NCBI GenBank assembly: GCA_937998645.1
Contig: CALLCZ010000024.1
Span: forward strand, 1 to 51,460
DNA: 51,460 bases
Source: an uncultured Gammaproteobacteria bacterium
Lineage (GTDB): Bacteria; Pseudomonadota; Gammaproteobacteria; SZUA-229
Direction of reading: 5' to 3'
Shown one piece after another: positions 45,324-51,460 of this stretch. The translations under genes and the position numbers were made by a program. Within the stretch, counting starts at the first letter, position 1. Every line of letters begins with the position of its first letter. A model generated the notes under the pieces. It ran no database searches and was not told where the DNA came from. It worked only from the letters and a program-made list of their open reading frames with translations.

Positions 45324-45445
45324 GGAAGGATTGTATCTTTTATTTTGGCTTCAATCGCCCTAAATGCATGCAGAAAACAGTATTAATAGTGTGTTCTGCT
45401 ATATATGGTAGATGGGGGACACATTTGCTAAAAACGGGGCGAAGT

Positions 45446-46870
45446 ATGCCTGAAATTGCGATGAAACAGGACATAGAACACAAATCTACATTGCTGCTTG
45501 TCGATGACGATCCATTGATTGTTGAAAGTCTTGGCTTTATGCTCGGACAGTATTATCATGTGGTCACAGCAGGTACCAGAGAAGCTGCCAGGAGGCAGTT
45601 AGCAGTGCTGGTACCCTGCCCGGACATGGCGCTGGTCGATCTCGGCTTGCCACCATACCCGCACAAGCCAGAGGAGGGCTTCGAGTTGATCAAGGAACTG
45701 ATTAACAATAATCCAATGATGAAAATTCTGGTGCTGTCAGGCCAGGATAATGATGTCAATATCCAGCATGCACTGACATTGGGCGCCGTAGATTTTATTG
45801 CCAAACCGGCAGACCCCGACTTGCTACTGAGCCGCTTACAGCATCAGCAACGACTCCATACGATTGAGATCAATCGCGAAACGCATGCAGATACACGCCT
45901 CATAGGTTACAGCGCAGGCATTGAAGCTGTACGCAACCAGATTCAACAATTTGCTGATTCGCCGTTTCCGGTGCTGATCGAAGGTGAATCGGGAACAGGT
46001 AAAGAAATGATTGCGAAGGCGCTGCATGAAAACAGCAAGCGCATGCATGAACCCTACATGGTGATTAATTGCGCATCCATTGCGCCGGACTTGCTGGAAG
46101 CGCAACTGTTCGGACACAGAAAAGGCGCATTTACCGGTGCAGAGCGTGAGCACAAGGGCTTCTTTATCGAGGTTGGTAAAGGCACCTTGTTTCTGGATGA
46201 GATTGGCGAGTTGCCTCTGGAATTGCAAAGCAAACTGTTACGGGTACTTGAAACCGGTGAATTTTATCGCGTAGGAGAAACGCAGGTTTATCAATCACAG
46301 GCCCGAATTGTTGCAGCGACAAACAGGGTTTTAACCGAAGAGGTATCAAAGGGAAGTTTCAGGACAGATCTTTATCACCGTCTTGGCATCCTTCATATTC
46401 GCATGCCGCCATTACGTGATCGCGAGGAGGATAAACAGTTACTGCTAGATCACTTCCAGCAGTTTTATGCAGATACCGTATCACCATTCACACTTGATGA
46501 TGAAGCATTGAAGCTTTGGAATAGCTATACCTTCCCGGGTAATGTTCGAGAACTTAGAAATATCGTTATTCGATTGGGCACCAAGTATCCGGGCGGTATC
46601 GTGTCGCGTAAGCAGTTGAATGATGAGCTTGAAACTCAACTATCGGCCGAAACATTAAGCGAGCAAAGCCCGTTGCTTACGGATGAATATATTGTTGGCC
46701 AGATTGAAGCAGGTGAACTCAAACTTGATGATTTATTGGGCGATATAGAAAGCCGCTGTATACGTATCGCACTCGAAAAATACAACAATAACATCAGCAA
46801 GGCAGCCGAAGCCCTGCATGTTAACAGAACTACCCTGTATAGCCGGGTTCAAAAATTGGGGCACAGTTAA
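45446..46870 (+). CDS. Sigma-54-dependent response regulator (NtrC family)
   Basis: Receiver (LLVDDD, DLGLPP, KP), AAA+ (GESGTGKE, GAFTGA, LFLDEIGE), Fis-type HTH; start uncertain (45446 or 45461). Confidence 0.93.
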   Translation: MPEIAMKQDIEHKSTLLLVDDDPLIVESLGFMLGQYYHVVTAGTREAARRQLAVLVPCPDMALVDLGLPPYPHKPEEGFELIKELINNNPMMKILVLSGQDNDVNIQHALTLGAVDFIAKPADPDLLLSRLQHQQRLHTIEINRETHADTRLIGYSAGIEAVRNQIQQFADSPFPVLIEGESGTGKEMIAKALHENSKRMHEPYMVINCASIAPDLLEAQLFGHRKGAFTGAEREHKGFFIEVGKGTLFLDEIGELPLELQSKLLRVLETGEFYRVGETQVYQSQARIVAATNRVLTEEVSKGSFRTDLYHRLGILHIRMPPLRDREEDKQLLLDHFQQFYADTVSPFTLDDEALKLWNSYTFPGNVRELRNIVIRLGTKYPGGIVSRKQLNDELETQLSAETLSEQSPLLTDEYIVGQIEAGELKLDDLLGDIESRCIRIALEKYNNNISKAAEALHVNRTTLYSRVQKLGHS

Positions 46871-48294
46871 TGTATCTTGAACATTTCGGGCTTGATCGGC
46901 CGCCATTCAAAATAACACCCGACACCAGCATGTTTTATGAAGGCAGTAAGCGTGGTGCAGCACTTGATGCATTGATTTATGCGATTAAATCAGGCGAGGG
47001 CATCATCAAGGTGGTTGGCGAGGTAGGCAGTGGCAAGACAATGCTTTGTCGTATGCTGGAGCTAAAACTGTCTGAAGTCGTTGATATCGTTTACATAGCC
47101 CACCCGAGTCTTTCACCGGATAACATACTGCATGTCATTGCGCACGAACTGCATCTTGATGTGCGAAATGATGACAGCAAGCTGGATGTCATGCAGAAAC
47201 TGCAGGATTATCTGTTAAAAAAACATGCGAGTAACCGCCAGGTTGTTGTATTTGTTGAAGAAGCCCAAAGTATGCCGGCTGAAACCCTGGAAGAAATCCG
47301 TTTTTTGAGTAACCTCGAAACAGACCAGCACAAGTTGCTGCAGATGGTGCTGTTTGGGCAGCCGGAACTGGATGACAAGCTTGCACAGCCGCAAATCAGG
47401 CAATTAAAGGAACGGATTACACACGGCTTTTATCTAGACCCATTCCCGCCGGAGGACACCCTGGATTATCTGAATTTCAGGTTACGTTCCGTTGGTTATC
47501 GAGGACCCAGTATTTTCAATCAGCGCACCGCAAACGCAGTAGAGAAGTACTCCGGTGGACTGTCCAGGCGTATAAACATTATTGCAGACAAGGCATTAAT
47601 GGCATCTTTCTCCGAGGGAACCCATGAGGTGAGTGCTCGCCATGTCTCTACAGCAGCAAAAGACAGTGATTTTACCAGGCCGTTCAGTTTTAAACCCATG
47701 TTAAAGGCAGGCGGAGTCATTATTGCGTTGCTACTGGCGCTATGGCTTGGATCGATGCTGCCAGGGTGGGTAAACCCTGGTGGAGACAGTGCAGCATTTG
47801 AGATGCCAACAGACAGCAAGCAGGCTACCTCAGGCAATGCTGATGCCGCTGTTCAGCCAGTACTGACAGCCCATAATGAAGAGACATCCGAACGAATTGT
47901 ACAGCTTGAGGCTGAGAATGGTAATGATGAAGCCGTCATGGGAAGTGGAATCAAGCAATCATTGCTCGATCAGCGCCTCAATGAAACTGAAAAATGGCTG
48001 GGGACAGTAGCTGATGATCATTACAGTATTCAGCTCTTCATGACACAGATAGCGGACGTAACAGCACTCGAGGATTTTCTGCGTGACCCGTCCGATCTTC
48101 TTGATTTTCAAAAGATTTACGTCTATGAAACTAGGATCGGAGGAAGTCGTATGTACAGCGTTTTGTATAACGATTTTGACTCGCGAGAAACTGCCCGTTC
48201 CATACTTCAAAATCTGCCGGCAGAGATGAAGGCTAGCAAGCCATTCTTGCGTCGTGTAAGTGCGCTCAGGAAGGACCTTGAGTCAAGCGGTTAA
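46870..48294 (+). CDS. ExeA/MshM-like AAA ATPase with TM segment and C-terminal SPOR-like domain
   Basis: MYLEHFGL..PF.ITPD, GEVGSGKT, LFGQPEL; C-terminal YSIQL...YSVLY..F.S...A. Confidence 0.88.
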   Translation: MYLEHFGLDRPPFKITPDTSMFYEGSKRGAALDALIYAIKSGEGIIKVVGEVGSGKTMLCRMLELKLSEVVDIVYIAHPSLSPDNILHVIAHELHLDVRNDDSKLDVMQKLQDYLLKKHASNRQVVVFVEEAQSMPAETLEEIRFLSNLETDQHKLLQMVLFGQPELDDKLAQPQIRQLKERITHGFYLDPFPPEDTLDYLNFRLRSVGYRGPSIFNQRTANAVEKYSGGLSRRINIIADKALMASFSEGTHEVSARHVSTAAKDSDFTRPFSFKPMLKAGGVIIALLLALWLGSMLPGWVNPGGDSAAFEMPTDSKQATSGNADAAVQPVLTAHNEETSERIVQLEAENGNDEAVMGSGIKQSLLDQRLNETEKWLGTVADDHYSIQLFMTQIADVTALEDFLRDPSDLLDFQKIYVYETRIGGSRMYSVLYNDFDSRETARSILQNLPAEMKASKPFLRRVSALRKDLESSG

Positions 48295-48344
48295 GCTTTT
48301 AGCGTGATCAGTAATGAAAATGCGTTTATTTACCTGGTAATTTG

Positions 48345-50009
48345 ATGGATATAAGAATAATAAAAAGCAGTTTGTTATTTGGGCTATTGGCGGTTGCAGG
48401 ATGTGGGGCGTCCAATCCGCCTCAAGTGTCCGACGGGCATCTCATTTTTGAAGAGCCAGAAGCAGAGAGCATTCCGGAGCCTGTCGCGCATGTTGCTGTG
48501 CTGCCAAGGCCGGAACAAAGGCCAGATCTCGAAACATACACAGTGGTGGTGCATGATGTGCCAATTCGTGAATTGCTTTTTTCGATGGCGAGAGATGCAA
48601 AGCTGAATCTCGATATTGATAATGATATACAGGGCAGCGTCACGATGAATGCGATTGACCAGACACTGCCTAAAATACTCGATCGAATTTCACAGCAAAC
48701 CAATATCCGCTATCAGCTTGTTGATGACACCTTGCGGGTAGAGGCTGATGCCCCTTATTTAAAAACATATAGCATCGGATATCTGAATATAGCGCGCCTG
48801 AGCACGGGATCCGTTGAGGTTTCGTCAGAGATCAGCTCGACCGGTACGGCTGATGTGGAAGGTAGTGAGAGTGGCGGCGGTGGAGGCAAGAGCGGTAACG
48901 ATTCGAGTTCTACTGTACAGAACAGTTCAAACAACCGGTTCTGGAGATCACTAACCTTAAATATCTCGAGTATTATCGGTGAAGCAGTGAAAGCCGGTAG
49001 CAGTGAAAACATCGATACCAGCGACAAAATTATTGTTAACAGAGAAAGCGGCATGATCGCGGTTAAAGCGACTGCCAAGCAGCATGAACAGATAAAGGGC
49101 TTTATTGACCAGGTTCTTGACAGTGTACAAAGGCAGGTGCTTATAGAAGCAACAATAGCTGAAGTAAGGCTTAGCGACCGCTACCAGGCTGGTATTGACT
49201 GGACACTCGTAACCAGTGATCCAAACACAGCAGCGACGCAGGATTTGCTCGGCGGTAATCTCGGACAGACGCCGTTTTTCTCATTTAATATTGCAGAGAC
49301 TGTTAATGGAAATCCGTTGAATATTACCTTGAAAGCACTGGAAACATTTGGCGATGTGAAAGTGCTATCAAGCCCGAAGGTGATGGCGATCAACAATCAA
49401 AGCGCACTGTTGAAGGTTGTCGATAACGAGGTTTATTTTACCACCGATGTGGAAGCTGTACCCGGCTCGGTCAATCAGAACTCCACAGTGGCAATTGATA
49501 CTAATGTTAATACGGTGCCTGTCGGCCTTGTTATGGCAGTCACGCCTTTCATCGATCAGAACGAAGTAGTTACCTTGAATGTCAGGCCAACCATTTCTCG
49601 AATTATAAGTTTCGTTGCCGATCCAAATCCGGCGCTGGCAGATGCAGGGGTTGTAAGTGAAATACCTGTGATACAGGTGCGTGAAATAGAGTCAGTACTG
49701 AAGATTGAAAATGGTGATACAGCAGTCATTGGCGGTTTGATGCAGGATCAGATTGATAAATCGACAACGGGGGTGCCTATTTTATCCAGTATCCCGATAC
49801 TGGGATCCCTGTTCAGGTACCAGGATGATACGTATGTCAAATCAGAACTGGTTATATTCATTCGTCCGGTTGTAACTAAAGATGCAAGTTTGACCGGCGA
49901 TTTCAAGGAATACAGAAAATATCTGCTGGAAGAACTGCATGAAGAAAACAAAAACAAGTTAGAAACTGCGCGGGTGAGTGAAAGTGGCTCAAACGAGGAC
50001 GAGCAGTAA
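48345..50009 (+). CDS. Secretin, MshL/GspD family lipoprotein
   Basis: Lipobox AVAGC, QVLIEATIAEV.L, VLSSPKV, IGGLMQ, GVPILSSIPILGSLF, KSELVIFIRP. Confidence 0.92.
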   Translation: MDIRIIKSSLLFGLLAVAGCGASNPPQVSDGHLIFEEPEAESIPEPVAHVAVLPRPEQRPDLETYTVVVHDVPIRELLFSMARDAKLNLDIDNDIQGSVTMNAIDQTLPKILDRISQQTNIRYQLVDDTLRVEADAPYLKTYSIGYLNIARLSTGSVEVSSEISSTGTADVEGSESGGGGGKSGNDSSSTVQNSSNNRFWRSLTLNISSIIGEAVKAGSSENIDTSDKIIVNRESGMIAVKATAKQHEQIKGFIDQVLDSVQRQVLIEATIAEVRLSDRYQAGIDWTLVTSDPNTAATQDLLGGNLGQTPFFSFNIAETVNGNPLNITLKALETFGDVKVLSSPKVMAINNQSALLKVVDNEVYFTTDVEAVPGSVNQNSTVAIDTNVNTVPVGLVMAVTPFIDQNEVVTLNVRPTISRIISFVADPNPALADAGVVSEIPVIQVREIESVLKIENGDTAVIGGLMQDQIDKSTTGVPILSSIPILGSLFRYQDDTYVKSELVIFIRPVVTKDASLTGDFKEYRKYLLEELHEENKNKLETARVSESGSNEDEQ

Positions 50010-50045
50010 ACACTGTTTTGAGTTTTATCAAACAAGAGTGTACAC

Positions 50046-51308
50046 ATGAGCCTGTTACTGGATGCCCTGAAAAAAGCTGCTCAGGAAAAGCAAATTGCAG
50101 ATTCTGCAGACATAAAAGCAGAGGCTTATGCCGGGCCAGGTCTGGAAGATGATAATGATTTAGAGCTGCAGCAGAATGATGATGGCTATGAACAGGCACA
50201 GCTGCCCGAAGAGCTTGACCTCGTTCTCGACGATGATGCGCATTCTCCAGCTGAAGAATATCACTACGACCCTGTCGCAGAAAATAAACAGGAGCCAGGT
50301 CGTGGGTTTCAAGAGCAGAATATAAGCCCAATACCCTCAACTGTTACAGATGAGGCCTTACAGCTACTCATACATAAAACCAATAACCAGCATAAAAAAT
50401 CTCGAGTGATGACATGGGGTGGTGTGGTTATAGGTGCCTTGTTTATATTATCTTTCAGCGGCTCATTCTTCTATTTCAATATGGTAGAAGAGATAGAGTC
50501 AATGGAGCGCAAACATCAGATTGCACTGGCAACGCTAAAGTCAAAAACAAAGATTGAGGAAAATCTGACCTCATTGGCGGTGGTTCCAGAGACAGATAAG
50601 CAGCTGGAAACAAACATTAAGTCTGACAATAGAGCGAAAAGCTCAGAAAATGAGTTATCAGACAAGGCGGCCAAATCCAGCTTAAGCCAACAGGCAGATA
50701 AGACGTTCTCTGTGCAGCGCGCAGAAAAGCGGGATCCAGTGAGTGAGGCGCTAGAACGTGGCTGGATGTCTTATCAGAAAAAGGATTATGCATCATCGAA
50801 AAGAGAATATAAGAAAGTACTGGAGAATGAACCGAATAATCACGATGCCCTGCTTGGTATAGCGGCTATTTCCTTGCAGCAGGATGAGGTGGCAACAGCC
50901 AGGGACATATATATCAAGTTGCTTGAACGCGATCCTCGAGATCCTCATGCACACGCAGGGCTCGCAAATATAGCTCAGACACACGGCGCCAATTTAAGCG
51001 AGTCAAAACTCAAGCAGTTAATAGAATACCGCCCTGATGACGCTCACCTTCAGTTCGCGCTGGGTAATGTGTACGTACAGAGGAAAAGCTGGCCTGAAGC
51101 TCAGCAGGCGTTTTTTAATGCCTGGAAAGCAGATAATAGCAATGCCGATTATGCATATAACCTGGCTGTAAGCCTGGATCAGATTGGTAAGCACAGGGAG
51201 GCAAAAGCCTATTATGAGGACAGTCTGAAGCTCGCGGCTGGAAAAAATATCAGCTTTTCTACAGATGCTGTTAAGAACAGGCTTGCATATCTCGGGGCCA
51301 GGCAGTAA
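50046..51308 (+). CDS. MshN-like TPR protein
   Basis: MSLLLDALKKA N-terminus, single TM, C-terminal TPR repeats; lies between the secretin and the ATPase. Confidence 0.8.
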   Translation: MSLLLDALKKAAQEKQIADSADIKAEAYAGPGLEDDNDLELQQNDDGYEQAQLPEELDLVLDDDAHSPAEEYHYDPVAENKQEPGRGFQEQNISPIPSTVTDEALQLLIHKTNNQHKKSRVMTWGGVVIGALFILSFSGSFFYFNMVEEIESMERKHQIALATLKSKTKIEENLTSLAVVPETDKQLETNIKSDNRAKSSENELSDKAAKSSLSQQADKTFSVQRAEKRDPVSEALERGWMSYQKKDYASSKREYKKVLENEPNNHDALLGIAAISLQQDEVATARDIYIKLLERDPRDPHAHAGLANIAQTHGANLSESKLKQLIEYRPDDAHLQFALGNVYVQRKSWPEAQQAFFNAWKADNSNADYAYNLAVSLDQIGKHREAKAYYEDSLKLAAGKNISFSTDAVKNRLAYLGARQ

Positions 51309-51310
51309 TC

Positions 51311-51460
51311 ATGAACGCACCAGCAGTTATAAAGAAGAAAAAGCGGCTCGGTGAAGAGTTGATTGAAAAAGGCCTGGTTACCTATGACCAGGTCGAGATC
51401 GCACTTACCGAGCAGAAAAAAAATTACAGGTTGATTGGTGAAATACTGGTATCGCTAGGC
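51311..51460 (+). CDS. GspE/PilB/MshE family ATPase, N-terminal part (truncated by the window end)
   Basis: Manual translation MNAPAVIKKKKRLGEELIEKGLVTYDQVEIALTEQKKNYRLIGEILVSLG matches the MshEN motif RLGxxLxxxGxx...LxxQ. Confidence 0.8.
   Translation, partial: MNAPAVIKKKKRLGEELIEKGLVTYDQVEIALTEQKKNYRLIGEILVSLG

Overview
Chromosomal replication-origin region of a gammaproteobacterium, probably an environmental or sulfur-metabolising lineage (inferred from gene content only). The core backbone is gyrB-recF-dnaN-[oriC]-dnaA, rpmH-rnpA-yidD-yidC-mnmE, then ~7 kb of accessory DNA, then mnmG-rsmG-parA-parB, atpIBEFHAGDC and glmU. After glmU come a PPi-dependent PEP carboxykinase (in the slot usually held by glmS), a cold-shock gene, two Cys-bearing YceI paralogues, an LHPP-like HAD hydrolase, a DsrC/TusE protein with odd Cys spacing, yajL-yibQ-ctpA-envC, ArsR-rhodanese-secB-gpsA, trmL, and a sigma-54 regulator heading an MSHA/T2SS-like cluster cut by the window end. 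Most unusual non-coding signals: (1) an integrase-less, cassette-like array after mnmE, with single small ORFs separated by related non-attC hairpin sites and the block lying between the two arms of a split REP-like repeat; (2) a 317-bp TIR-bounded element between dnaN and recF whose long stems tolerate G-U pairs almost only on the strand antisense to the operon; (3) a structured element behind the dsrC/tusE gene. No rRNA, tRNA, CRISPR array, integrase or transposase was seen. All calls come from reading the sequence; no database searches were run.
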